From Vicinamibacterales bacterium (GTDB lineage: Bacteria > Acidobacteriota > Vicinamibacteria > Vicinamibacterales > 2-12-FULL-66-21), in contig DATJKH010000140.1 in assembly GCA_035491715.1 (NCBI GenBank), forward strand, positions 2,071 through 66,070: a stretch of DNA of 64,000 nucleotides, in the 5' to 3' direction. A program made the translations under genes and the position numbers. Shown here one piece after another: positions 56,301 to 64,000 of the stretch (the stretch's first letter is position 1; every line of letters begins with the position of its first letter). The notes under the pieces are model-generated. The model searched no databases. It saw only the letters and a program-made list of their open reading frames with translations, and had not been told where the DNA came from.

Positions 56301-56441
56301 TCCTGCGAGTAGCGCAGGATCGATCTGGTCGCCGTTAGACGGCGGACTGGACGACGCGCTTTGCGCGCGACCTGGTGCATGAGTTCCTGTGATCAGTAAG
56401 CCAACGATGACGGCCGCTCTGACCGATGTCGATGAACGCAT
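53304..56441 (-). CDS. Secreted BNR/Asp-box (sortilin/VPS10-like) beta-propeller repeat protein
   Basis: ORF 53304..56522 trimmed to ATG 56441 (signal peptide MRSSTSVRAAVIVGLLITG). Many Asp-box motifs: KTADGGVTW, KSTDGGKTF, KSTDGGKTWT, KTTDGGTTW, RSTDAGKT, VTRDGGQTW, KTSDYGKTW. Confidence 0.75.
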   Translation of the reverse strand: MRSSTSVRAAVIVGLLITGTHAPGRAQSASSSPPSNGDQIDPALLAGLSWRSLGPARGGRSQAVAGSSSRPLEYYFGATGGGLWKTADGGVTWRAVSDKFFKSSSVGAVAVSQSNPDVVYVGMGETELRGNIIQGDGVYKSTDGGKTFTHVGLEKTLAIARIRIHPTNPDIVYVAALGDPYGATPDRGVFKSTDGGKTWTKSLFRDEKTGAVDLAMDVGQPEILYAGLWEVFRTPHSLSSGGPGSGLFKTTDGGTTWTEISRNTGLPKPVWGKIGVAVSGADANRIYAIIEAADGGVFMSDDAGQNWKIINDDRRLRQRAFYYTRIYADPQAKDTVYILNTGMYRSTDAGKTIRAIRVPHGDNHDLWIAPNDPKRLINSNDGGANVSINGGESWTDQDFPTAQFYNVITTSHVPYHVCGAQQDNSTACVSSTGDENLYDAGGGESGYIAPDPRDTDVFYAGSYGGLLTRINRRTGEQRAINVWPDNPMGFSSSDMSERFQWTYPIVFSPTDARTLYSTSQHVWRSRNEGQTWERISPDLTRHDPATMGPSGGPITLDQTGVETYGVVFALAPSPVDGRVLWAGSDDGYVHVTRDGGQTWEKVTPPDLPDFTRISFIEASPHDAGTAYFAGNRYQRADRSPYVYKTSDYGKTWTRIVRGLPFTDFARTIREDKRRKGLLFVGTENGIYVSFDDGGGWQSLRLELPVTPVHGIEVKGDDVVIATHGRSFYVMNDISVLRQVTSTTSNAPAVLFRPAGAIRSVSRGVSIDYFLKTAANAVTLEILDSGGSVIRRFTGPAPEKPESTPQGDGGDDSARPPTPRAPGKQGMNRFTWDMRYAGARDFPGLIMWAGSTRGPLAPPAKYSVRLTANGVTKTEEFTITRNEAVKAVTDADLVEQFKLAKQINERVNAANEAVLRIRSVKDQINARVAKANDAAIKTAAESLVEKLTSVEGEIYQYRNRSSQDPLNYPIRLNNKLAALQGLVEIGDVKPTDQSYAVFKELSARLDKQFGQLDSLFSIDLANLNKLLQRKKLEPVKDTLPPEADGK

Positions 56442-56639
56442 TGGGCAATCAACCTCCGGCGTCTCCACTGAACCTCTGCCCGTATTCATGAGCAAAGTTG
56501 GGGGGCATGCTAGCAGAGCCACGGCTCAATGGTGGAATCGATCGACACACATGGGTGCATAAGTGGCGAGAAAATCGCAACGGCTCAGTCGGTGCGGGGC
56601 GGCACGTCTTGTGCTGATTAGGTGGCCGAGGAGGGAACG

Positions 56640-56789
56640 ATGCTTTTCACGATTGCGGTGATCTTGCTGGTCCTTTGGCTGCTCGGGCTGGTCAGCGGAT
56701 ACACACTCGGCAACTTCATCTATGTGCTGCTCGTGATCGCGCTCGTGCTGTTCGTGGTCGGGCTCGTCAGTGGCCGTCGGACCGTCTGA
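56640..56789 (+). CDS. Small two-TM membrane protein (lmo0937-family-like), 49 aa
   Basis: Below the ORF-track cutoff. GGAGGGAACG precedes the ATG. Reads MLFTIAVILLVLWLLGLVSGYTLGNFIYVLLVIALVLFVVGLVSGRRTV. Followed by a hairpin at 56800-56818. Confidence 0.7.
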   Translation: MLFTIAVILLVLWLLGLVSGYTLGNFIYVLLVIALVLFVVGLVSGRRTV

Positions 56790-56799
56790 CACAGCTGAG

Positions 56800-56818
56800 A
56801 CCGGCTTCCAGAGCCGGT
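56800..56818 (+). terminator. Hairpin ACCGGCT-5nt-AGCCGGT after the small membrane protein gene
   Basis: 7-bp inverted repeat read directly. Confidence 0.35.
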
Positions 56819-56977
56819 AGCTATTCTGCGGGCGGCCAAGCGGTTGGCCAGTGGTCAATCGGTTGGCCGTCCACGATACCTCTTAAAATCGGAATCACTG
56901 CGATTTTCTGAGGAATTTCGACTGCTGCGGCGGTTCGTCCCCGGGCACGCGTGTTGCTCCGTGTCTTTGGACTCCCA

Positions 56978-57214
56978 ATGCGGCGATCGTCTCTTTCCAC
57001 CACACCCCGTGCGGTAGACCTCTCCACCCTTCCTCTGCAGTCAGACCTTCAGGTGGGCAAACGGGACTTCTGTTGTTCCCAATGCAAGTACCCCCTTGAA
57101 TGCGTCGAGCAGAGCCGTCGCGCGGGATCATGGCTGGGCTCGCTCATCTGTCCTAACTGCCGGAGCGAGTATTTGTACGCCTATCGGTGGGGACGATTGA
57201 TGCGCAGGAGTTAG
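56978..57214 (+). CDS. Possible small zinc-ribbon protein
   Basis: Part of ORF 56951..57214. CSQC-x23-CPNC pair. The stop is followed at once by an 8-bp hairpin. No family recognised. Confidence 0.35.
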   Translation: MRRSSLSTTPRAVDLSTLPLQSDLQVGKRDFCCSQCKYPLECVEQSRRAGSWLGSLICPNCRSEYLYAYRWGRLMRRS

Positions 57215-57232
57215 TCGCGAATCCTTCGCGAC
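57214..57232 (+). terminator. Hairpin GTCGCGAA-tcc-TTCGCGAC overlapping the stop of the zinc-ribbon ORF
   Basis: Perfect 8-bp stem read directly. Confidence 0.4.
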
Positions 57233-57411
57233 AGGCAGTAGACAGCAGGGTGCGATTGTGAGACTCCGGTCTCCTCCGGACCGGGTTGCCGCGTCAGCTT
57301 GCAGCGCTGATTTGGTTCCAGCCGCCGTCCTGCTGTCTACTGGCTGTTGCGACGTTCTTCCCTCTTGAAATCTCTTATCGACGACTCATGACGCAGCCCT
57401 TCGGGACTGCC

Positions 57412-57642
57412 CTACTTATCCTCTTCATCGCTCACATTCTCGAGGTCGTCATCGTCCCAGGGTCGCGGCTGAGGACCGGGAACGATCCCGGCAATATCGG
57501 GATCTTCTCCGCCTGCTTGATGCGGCTCGTTCGCCTTTCGTACTTTGGCTTCCTCGCGGCGACGCGTCTTCTCCTGCTGGCGTTCCTGCTTGGCACGCTC
57601 GCGTGCGCGCTTCTGTTGAGTAACTTTCGTCCGGTTCGCCAT
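57412..57642 (-). CDS. Small highly charged protein (Lys/Arg/Glu-rich N-half, acidic C-tail), unknown function
   Basis: 76 aa. AGGGAG lies 7 nt upstream of the ATG. Reads MANRTKVTQQKRARERAKQERQQEKTRRREEAK...WDDDDLENVSDEEDK. Confidence 0.55.
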   Translation of the reverse strand: MANRTKVTQQKRARERAKQERQQEKTRRREEAKVRKANEPHQAGGEDPDIAGIVPGPQPRPWDDDDLENVSDEEDK

Positions 57643-57679
57643 GGAGAACTCCCTGTGTAAGCTGCCCGCGCGGGGGTAC

Positions 57680-57708
57680 AGAAAAAGGGCCGGTCAGCGA
57701 ACCGGCCC
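57680..57708 (-). terminator. Intrinsic-terminator-like hairpin (GGGCCGGT-6nt-ACCGGCCC followed by TTTTTCT on the minus strand) in the leader of the small charged-protein gene
   Basis: 8-bp GC stem plus U-tract read directly. Lies ~40 nt upstream of the ATG at 57642. Confidence 0.55.
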
Positions 57709-57779
57709 GGGGGGAATTGTGAGGACTGCTGGTTCCCGATTCGGTCATCAGATAGATTCTAGCTGATCCGGAGGTCAGG

Positions 57780-59174
57780 GTGTCGAAAAACCCCAGAAGC
57801 GCGTCTGTAGCGGACGCGATCGCTGAGCTGAAGCAACTGCTTGATGTTCGCGCAACGGACGCAGACACGGTCCGCGAACACCACAGTCACGGCGAGTCGT
57901 ACCACACGCCTGCTCCTCCCGACGTGGTGTGCTTCCCGCAATCCGTTGAGGAAGTTGCTGAAATTGTTCGAATCAGTGCGCGGCACGATCTTCCGATCGT
58001 CCCCTTTGGTGCGGGGACATCGCTCGAAGGACACGTTCAGGCTTTGCGCGGCGGCATTACGATCGACGTCCGCGATCTCAATCGCATCATCCGCGTCAGC
58101 GTCGACGATCTCGACGCGACCGTGGAAGCGGGCGTGACACGCCTGCAGCTCAATAAAGCCCTGCGCAACACCGGTCTCATGTTCCCGGTCGATCCCGGCG
58201 CCGACGCCACGATTGGAGGCATGACGGCCACGCGCGCATCCGGAACGACCGCGGTCAGATACGGGACGATGAGGGAAAACGTTCTGGCATTGACGGCCGT
58301 GCTCGCCGACGGACGGACCATTCATACCGGGACACGGGCGAGAAAGTCGGCAGCCGGTTATGACCTCACACGTCTCTTCGTCGGATCGGAAGGCACACTC
58401 GGCGTGATCACCGACGTCACGGTTCGTCTTCATCCCGTCCCTGAAGCCGTGGCCGCTGCCGTGTGTGCGTTTGACACGATCAAAGGCGCCGTCGACACGG
58501 TGATCGCCACGATTCAACTGGGAGTGCCAGTCGCGCGGATCGAGTTGCTGGACGACGCGCAGGTCGACGCCGTCAATCGCTACTCGAAGACCAGTTACAC
58601 CGTTGCTCCGACACTGTTCTTTGAATTTCACGGAGATACGGATCGATATGTGTCGGAACAGGCGGCAGCCGTTGAGGCGCTCGCCTCGGAACGTGGAGGC
58701 CACGCGTTCGAGTGGGCGACCCGGCTCGAAGACCGCGAGCGGCTGTGGCAGGCGCGGCATAACGTGCATTTCGCATCCCTGGCACTGCGTCCCGGGTGCC
58801 GGTCATGGGCGACCGATGTCTGCGTGCCAATCTCACGCTTGACCGAATGCGTGGTCGAAACCAAGGCAGATCACGCGAATGTGCCGTTCCCGGTCTGCCT
58901 CGTCGGTCATGCGGGTGACGGGAATTTTCACGTGATCTACCTGCTCGACCCGGCCAACGAGGAAGAACTGGCCCAGGCGCGCCGTTTGAACGATCGCATG
59001 GTGGCGCGAGCACTTGCGATGGGCGGCACGTGCACCGGGGAACACGGAGTCGGCTACGGCAAGATGAAGTTTCTCGAGGCCGAACACGGAGAGAGTCTCG
59101 AGGTCATGCGCGCGATCAAACGCGCGCTGGATCCCGACAATCGGATGAACCCGGGGAAGATAGTCGATATCTAA
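57780..59174 (+). CDS. FAD-linked oxidase (GlcD / D-lactate dehydrogenase family)
   Basis: 464 aa. FAD_binding_4 region (PFGAGTSLEGH) and C-terminal GEHGVGYGK, DPDNRMNPGK. Confidence 0.88.
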   Translation: MSKNPRSASVADAIAELKQLLDVRATDADTVREHHSHGESYHTPAPPDVVCFPQSVEEVAEIVRISARHDLPIVPFGAGTSLEGHVQALRGGITIDVRDLNRIIRVSVDDLDATVEAGVTRLQLNKALRNTGLMFPVDPGADATIGGMTATRASGTTAVRYGTMRENVLALTAVLADGRTIHTGTRARKSAAGYDLTRLFVGSEGTLGVITDVTVRLHPVPEAVAAAVCAFDTIKGAVDTVIATIQLGVPVARIELLDDAQVDAVNRYSKTSYTVAPTLFFEFHGDTDRYVSEQAAAVEALASERGGHAFEWATRLEDRERLWQARHNVHFASLALRPGCRSWATDVCVPISRLTECVVETKADHANVPFPVCLVGHAGDGNFHVIYLLDPANEEELAQARRLNDRMVARALAMGGTCTGEHGVGYGKMKFLEAEHGESLEVMRAIKRALDPDNRMNPGKIVDI

Positions 59175-59175
59175 C

Positions 59176-59192
59176 TCACCAACTCACCAGTT
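59176..59192. repeat. 17-nt copy (TCACCAACTCACCAGTT) of the ssb-upstream array, filling the gap between two convergent stops
   Basis: Exact match to 10067..10083. Confidence 0.7.
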
Positions 59193-59193
59193 C

Positions 59194-61158
59194 TCATGTC
59201 GCCATCGCCCGCTTGCCCGCGGCGATGACCTCGAGAATCGCCGCCACGTCATATACCGACCCACCCCACGGGCCGCCACTAACGTCCTGCAGCGCTGCCC
59301 AGATGCGTGTGTCGTCCGGCAGATTCGGATCCGGAGCGAGGTCGGGGCGTGCACCCCGACGCTCGAGAATGCGTGTCCCCTCCTCTACTCCCGCATCGGC
59401 TCCCGCTTCACCGACCAGGTTCAAGCGTCCTTCCAGCGTCCGCGTGTCGATGACGATTTCGATGAGATCTCCATCGCGAACCCGTCCGATCGGACCGCCG
59501 GCGAGCGCTTCCGGAGAGACATGTCCGATGCATGCGCCGGTCGACACACCGCTGAATCGCGCGTCGGTGACGACCGCGACACGCTTACCAAACGGCAAAT
59601 ACCGCAGCGCCCCTGTGAGCTGATAGGTTTCCTCCATCCCCGCGCCGAGCGGACCACGGCAGATGAGGACGAGGACATCCCCCGCTTGCACGCGGTTCGC
59701 CTTGATGGCCGCGATCGCCGCCGGTTCGGTCAGAAACACTCTTGCCGGACCGGTGAGCCGGTAGACACCGTCTGCGCCAACGACTGAGGTGTCGATCGCG
59801 GTGCTCTTGATCACCGACCCTTCCGGTGCAAGATTGCCGTGCGGAAAGCAGACCGTCGGCGTAAGGCCGCGCGCCCGCGCGTCCGACGGCGCCATGATGA
59901 CGTCGTCTGGATCGATGCCGTCGCGATCGCGCAGGAGCCGCCGTAGCGATGCGCGCCGCGCCGACGACTCCCACGCGTCGAGCTGTTGATCGAGCGTCAT
60001 TGCCTGGACGGTGCGCACGCGAGTGTCGAGCGCACCGAGTCGTCGCAGGTGCAGCATGACCTCCGGCACGCCGCCGGCGAGAAACACCTGGACGGTGGCG
60101 AAGTGCCGCGGGCCGTTTGGCAACGCATCGACCAGCCGGGGGATCTGCCGGCTGACGCGTGCCCAGTCCTGCGCGGTTGGCCGCCGCAATCCTGCGGCGT
60201 GTGCGATGGCCGGCAGATGAAGGATCAAATTCATCGATCCGCCGAATGCGGCATGCACGGCCAGCGCGTTCTGCACGGAGGCATCGGTCACGATATCGGC
60301 GACGCAAGTGCCGTGATTATCGAGCGCCATCAACGCGAGCGCGGAACGCCGCGCCATATCGAGCCAGATTGGATGGCCGGATGGGGCAAGGGCCGAATGT
60401 CCGAGTGCCATCCCCAGCGCCTCGCCGACGACCTGTGCGGTCGCAGCCGTCCCGAGAAACTGACACCCTCCACCCGGCGACGCACAGGTATGGCATCCCA
60501 CATCCGCCGCATGTTCGAGGGTGATCTCTCCGTGCGCGAACCGCGCGCCGATGGTTTGCACGCGCGCCGTGTCTTCGCCTTGAGTCGGGAGCAGCGTCAC
60601 GCCTCCAGGGACCAGGACGCAGGGTAAATCGCGGCTGGCGGCGAGCGCCATCATCATGGCGGGAAGACCCTTGTCGCACGTCGCGACGCCCAGGACCCCG
60701 CGACGTGTGGGCAACGACCGGATAAGTCTGCGAAAGATCGTGGCCGCGTCGTTGCGGTACGGCAGACTGTCGAACATGGCGGTGGTTCCCTGCGATCGAC
60801 CGTCACACGGATCCGTGCAGGACGCAGCGAAAGGAATGGCGCCGTTCGACTTTATCGCGCGCGCGGCTTCTTCCATGAGAAGACCGACTTCCCAATGACC
60901 TGTGTGATACCCAAGCGCGATCGGAGTTCCGTCGGCGGCGCGAATGCCACCGTGCGTGGAAAGAATGAGATATTCTCTGCCGCTCATCGCAGCAGGCTCC
61001 CACCCCATACCGGCGTTCTGCGACCATCCGAAGAGATCGCCGGATGGCCGCTCCCGGAGCATCTCCGGCGTGAACGGTAACGAGCCCGCTGGCCCCGGCA
61101 CACGCGTTCGAATGTCGGTCAGGGATGGATCATCTGAATCGAATGGATTGGTGGCCAC
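59194..61158 (-). CDS. IlvD/Edd-family dehydratase of the YjhG/YagF (D-xylonate dehydratase) type
   Basis: 654 aa. Close collinearity with my recollection of E. coli YjhG: [78 protein letters not shown]. Confidence 0.8.
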   Translation of the reverse strand: MATNPFDSDDPSLTDIRTRVPGPAGSLPFTPEMLRERPSGDLFGWSQNAGMGWEPAAMSGREYLILSTHGGIRAADGTPIALGYHTGHWEVGLLMEEAARAIKSNGAIPFAASCTDPCDGRSQGTTAMFDSLPYRNDAATIFRRLIRSLPTRRGVLGVATCDKGLPAMMMALAASRDLPCVLVPGGVTLLPTQGEDTARVQTIGARFAHGEITLEHAADVGCHTCASPGGGCQFLGTAATAQVVGEALGMALGHSALAPSGHPIWLDMARRSALALMALDNHGTCVADIVTDASVQNALAVHAAFGGSMNLILHLPAIAHAAGLRRPTAQDWARVSRQIPRLVDALPNGPRHFATVQVFLAGGVPEVMLHLRRLGALDTRVRTVQAMTLDQQLDAWESSARRASLRRLLRDRDGIDPDDVIMAPSDARARGLTPTVCFPHGNLAPEGSVIKSTAIDTSVVGADGVYRLTGPARVFLTEPAAIAAIKANRVQAGDVLVLICRGPLGAGMEETYQLTGALRYLPFGKRVAVVTDARFSGVSTGACIGHVSPEALAGGPIGRVRDGDLIEIVIDTRTLEGRLNLVGEAGADAGVEEGTRILERRGARPDLAPDPNLPDDTRIWAALQDVSGGPWGGSVYDVAAILEVIAAGKRAMAT

Positions 61159-61188
61159 GAAGGAATGGTAGCGCGGATGGCGCGGTCT

Positions 61189-63051
61189 TTAGATCCCGCC
61201 ACCATTGGCCGCCCGGGATCTTAATGTTCCCGCGAGCGACTTGAGCCGCTCCGCATCGTTGGCGGCCGCAGCCGACGCATCCTTCTCGAGATCGGCCGCC
61301 AGCGTGGTCAACTGTTCCTTTACCGCCGCGGCTCCCTTATCTGCTGGATTCTTGATCTTGTCCGCGCGCTCCAGTGCGGATTTCACGGTTGCCGCCTTCT
61401 CGGCACTGATCCCTTTGGTGCGCGCGAGCTGGTCCAGGTAAGCGCGTGCGACGGCGGAAGTCGGCGCCCAGGTGATGCGCTGTTGATGTTGCGCGTTGAA
61501 CTCAGTCGTGTGGACCTGGCTCGCTGCATCGATTTCGTTCTGCGACAGGAACTCGCTTGGCGTCAGCTTGAAGATATCGAGGCCGCGCGCGATCTCAGTC
61601 CCATAGATGTATCCGTTGAACCAATACGTCGACCAGAATCCACCGATGATCAACTTGGCGGGATCGAGCGGGCCTCGATCGAAGAAGGCGATCTCGACCG
61701 GGTGCGCCGAGTCGGTGAAGTCGAATACCGACACACCGCCTTGGTACCATGCCTGCGCCATGATGTCGCGTCCCGGCACCGGGATGATCGATCCATTGTG
61801 AGCGACGCAATTCTCGGTCTCGGTCTGCGGCGCGGGCATTTTGAAATACCCGCCGAACCGAAGCTTGCGATCGACGACGTCGAAGATCGCGTCGGCGCCC
61901 CAGGTCATTTGATCTGTGGCGCGGCACCGCGGACGTGTCCCGCCTCCCCACTCGTCGGTGAAGATCACTTTCGTTCCGTCGTTGTTGAACGTCGCTGAAT
62001 GCCAGAACGCGAAATTTGGATCGGCGACCGCGTCGAGCCGCTCCGGATGCACGGGATCGGAGATGTCGAGCAGGATACCGTTCCCCGAACACGCTCCCGC
62101 CGCCAGCCCCTTCTCGGGAAACACGGTGATGTCGTGGCACCGGTCCGTAAGCGACGTCTTCTGCGTGCCGGGTCCGTGATCGCCGCCGGGCCACAGCCCT
62201 CCCGGCGCACCGGTCCTCGGGTCGGCAAAGATTCTCGGGCGGTTCACGATCTTCGCCGTGGCGGGGGCGGCCAGGGAAACCTGGATGACGTCGATACTGA
62301 ACAGCGACGTATTCGGATCGGTTTTATCGTCCGTGCAGCCAGAGAGCTCTTCGCCGGATCTCACGCGGCTGGTTCCCGAACCGTAGATGTAGATGTTCTC
62401 CGCATCTTTCGGATTCACGACGAGCGTGTGCGTGTGCGAACCACGGCAGGTTTGCACGGCCGCGATCTGTTTCGGTTTCTTGACGTCGCTGATGTCGAAG
62501 ATGCGCACGCCGCGGAAGCGTTCCCGGCTGGCCGTATCGAGCACACCCTGGGTTCCGCAGTCAATCCGTCCCCGGGTTTCTTCAACCGACATGAACAGCA
62601 AGTGACCGTAGACCGAAACATCGCCTTGCCCGCCCGGACACACGACCGACGCCAGCAACTGAGCCTTCTTCGGCGTTTCAATGTCGTAGGTATTAAACCC
62701 GTTGAAGTTGCCGACGAAGACGAGCGTCCCGCTGAACGCCAGGTCGGAGTTCGCAAAGCTCAAGCTGACGGGGCTTCGCGTCGGTGACGACGGACCGGTG
62801 ACCGTGTTGTCGCGGGAGTTGTCCGACGGCGATTCCGGTGGGACCTCGAGTCCCGCCGGTGTTTTCGGGTCGAAAAAGCCCGCCGGTTTTGGCAGGCTGG
62901 CGACCAGTTCCATGTGTCGCGCCACCTGGCCGGCATCGCGTAGTCCTGGCTTGAGCCCAACCCGGGGATCCTGTTGTTGTGCGTCTCCGCCGGCGCTCAG
63001 GCAGAGTACGACCGCCGAGCCGCAGACCAGACGCACCAGACCCGATTTCAT
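61189..63051 (-). CDS. Secreted LVIVD-repeat beta-propeller protein
   Basis: 620 aa. Signal peptide and repeated motifs (VRIFDISDVKKPKQIA, ILLDISDPVHPERL, VSVFDFTDSAHPVEIA, GLDIFKL). Confidence 0.6.
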   Translation of the reverse strand: MKSGLVRLVCGSAVVLCLSAGGDAQQQDPRVGLKPGLRDAGQVARHMELVASLPKPAGFFDPKTPAGLEVPPESPSDNSRDNTVTGPSSPTRSPVSLSFANSDLAFSGTLVFVGNFNGFNTYDIETPKKAQLLASVVCPGGQGDVSVYGHLLFMSVEETRGRIDCGTQGVLDTASRERFRGVRIFDISDVKKPKQIAAVQTCRGSHTHTLVVNPKDAENIYIYGSGTSRVRSGEELSGCTDDKTDPNTSLFSIDVIQVSLAAPATAKIVNRPRIFADPRTGAPGGLWPGGDHGPGTQKTSLTDRCHDITVFPEKGLAAGACSGNGILLDISDPVHPERLDAVADPNFAFWHSATFNNDGTKVIFTDEWGGGTRPRCRATDQMTWGADAIFDVVDRKLRFGGYFKMPAPQTETENCVAHNGSIIPVPGRDIMAQAWYQGGVSVFDFTDSAHPVEIAFFDRGPLDPAKLIIGGFWSTYWFNGYIYGTEIARGLDIFKLTPSEFLSQNEIDAASQVHTTEFNAQHQQRITWAPTSAVARAYLDQLARTKGISAEKAATVKSALERADKIKNPADKGAAAVKEQLTTLAADLEKDASAAAANDAERLKSLAGTLRSRAANGGGI

Positions 63052-63692
63052 TGCTGATACTCCTTCAACATGGCGCGCATGCGATCGATTTCCATGCGCT
63101 GATCTGCGTCGACGTCGGACGCGAACGCAAAAATGTCGGATTCCTGACCAGCGCCCGGCGTCGCAAAGAGATCCTTGACCATGACGAGCGCTCCTTCGTG
63201 GTGTTTGATCATCCCCTCGAGAAACAATCGATCGAACTCACGTCCTTTGCTCGCCGACAGGCGGGCCATTTCATCCGCCGTCAACATGCCAGGCATCAGT
63301 GTCGCCCCCATGGCGTGATGCGCATGGATCGCCGGGGATTCTGCTCCGCGCGTGGACAACCAGCGCTCCATCATTTTGATCTCGTCGGCTTGCGACACCT
63401 GAATCCGCTGGGCGAGTTTCCGCATCGTGTCACTGGAGGTGTGGCTATCGACGAGATCGGTCATCTCGACCGCCTGGGCGTGATGACCGATCATCCCCTG
63501 CATGAACCGTACATCAGCGTCTGTGTGCCCAACGCGTGACATATCGACAGCCGCATTCGGACCGATGACGCGGGTCGGTTCCCCAGGCGCTCCGGGTTGA
63601 ACAATCGGCGGGTTGGATCGCGCAGTGTCGCCGCAGGTAGAGCAGGCAACACAGAGAACCGCGAGGACGACGCGTTTTGGCGAGGTCGACAA
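63048..63692 (-). CDS. DUF305 domain protein (periplasmic, four-helix HH-motif family)
   Basis: 214 aa. Duplicated FMQGMIGHHAQAVEM and FLEGMIKHHEGALVM motifs. ATGA overlap with the LVIVD gene. Confidence 0.8.
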   Translation of the reverse strand: MSTSPKRVVLAVLCVACSTCGDTARSNPPIVQPGAPGEPTRVIGPNAAVDMSRVGHTDADVRFMQGMIGHHAQAVEMTDLVDSHTSSDTMRKLAQRIQVSQADEIKMMERWLSTRGAESPAIHAHHAMGATLMPGMLTADEMARLSASKGREFDRLFLEGMIKHHEGALVMVKDLFATPGAGQESDIFAFASDVDADQRMEIDRMRAMLKEYQQ

Positions 63693-63738
63693 CCTTCAAA
63701 GGATACACACAGTCGCCCCGTCCAGTCATACTGTCGGC

Positions 63739-64000
63739 GTGCAACTACTACTTGTCGCGCTTGGCGGGGCTCTGGGGTCGGTCTGTCGCTTCGGGTTATC
63801 GTCGGCGGTCCAGCGCCTGTCTTCCCCTTTTTTTCCCTGCGGCACGTTTGTCGTGAACGTCCTGGGTTGTCTCGCATTCGGCGTCATCATGGGGGCCGCC
63901 CGGCAGCGATTCGTCCTGGGTCCGTCCGAACGCGCGTTTCTCCTGATCGGCGTGCTGGGTGGATTCACCACTTTCTCGACATTCACCTACGAAACATTCG
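63739..64000 (+). CDS. crcB: Fluoride channel CrcB (3' end beyond window)
   Basis: Not in the ORF track (open at the edge). GTG 63739 gives VQLLLVALGGALGSVCRFGLS...FPCGTFVVNVLGCLAFG...GVLGGFTTFSTFTYE. Confidence 0.85.
   Translation, partial: MQLLLVALGGALGSVCRFGLSSAVQRLSSPFFPCGTFVVNVLGCLAFGVIMGAARQRFVLGPSERAFLLIGVLGGFTTFSTFTYETF

Noticed and set aside
57759-58769. 336-aa minus-strand ORF
   Set aside because: It is antisense to the well-supported FAD-linked oxidase gene. The composition is Arg-rich with no recognisable domain, so it is a shadow ORF.
63693-63738. Fluoride (crcB-motif) riboswitch upstream of crcB
   Set aside because: Only 46 nt are available. I could not find the conserved pseudoknot and CUGAUGAUGCCUAC-like core elements.
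1-64000. Defence island, toxin-antitoxin, prophage or secondary-metabolite cluster
   Set aside because: Every sizeable ORF is accounted for by a housekeeping or envelope family, or by a plain unknown membrane or small protein. No nuclease/helicase/methylase combinations, phage structural genes or biosynthetic enzymes were recognised.

Overview
High-GC, tightly packed core-genome window. The gene content looks like a Gram-negative of the Acidobacteriota type, which is an inference from protein families only. I support about 55 protein genes and one tRNA. In order they are: parA (truncated), a BFN nuclease, miaB and recN; a complete Tol-Pal cluster (tolQ-tolR-tolA-like-tolB-pal-cpoB); ssb; a long minus-strand block (giant LptC/LptA-like gene, lptB, rpoN, hpf, hprK, rapZ, EIIA-Man, ptsH, ptsI, cupin); recJ-accA-dnaE-guaA; a BamB-like propeller; an aminotransferase plus an unknown polytopic membrane protein; a 1323-aa NtrY-like histidine kinase; pssA-psd; DUF465; rimI-tsaB; mutS translationally coupled to an orphan family-5 solute-binding protein and a 941-aa HExxH/PD40/beta-barrel protein; speB; a TPR-GAF sigma-54 activator; a PilZ + cupin pair; a YfgM-like TPR protein; tRNA-Arg(CCT); apt; acyP; a uricase-family gene; a 1045-aa BNR/sortilin-like protein; small proteins; an FAD-linked oxidase; a YjhG/YagF-type dehydratase; an LVIVD protein + DUF305; and crcB (truncated). 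I see no CRISPR array, transposase, integrase, prophage or recognisable defence-system genes, so this is not an accessory island. The most unusual signal is non-coding. It is a family of period-7 (heptad) tandem-repeat palindromes that fill five junctions between co-directional genes. They use three different unit sequences, and the 3' arm ends 0-9 nt before the downstream start codon. Other points worth a second look are an 11-bp x5 tandem repeat inside the LptC/LptA-like CDS, the fused 735-aa Lpt bridge protein itself, a permease-less regulatory PTS next to rpoN, the 941-aa multidomain outer-membrane candidate, and a terminator-like hairpin in the leader of a tiny highly charged protein gene. 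Many long ORFs in the supplied track are GC-rich shadow frames or N-terminal over-extensions and were trimmed or rejected.
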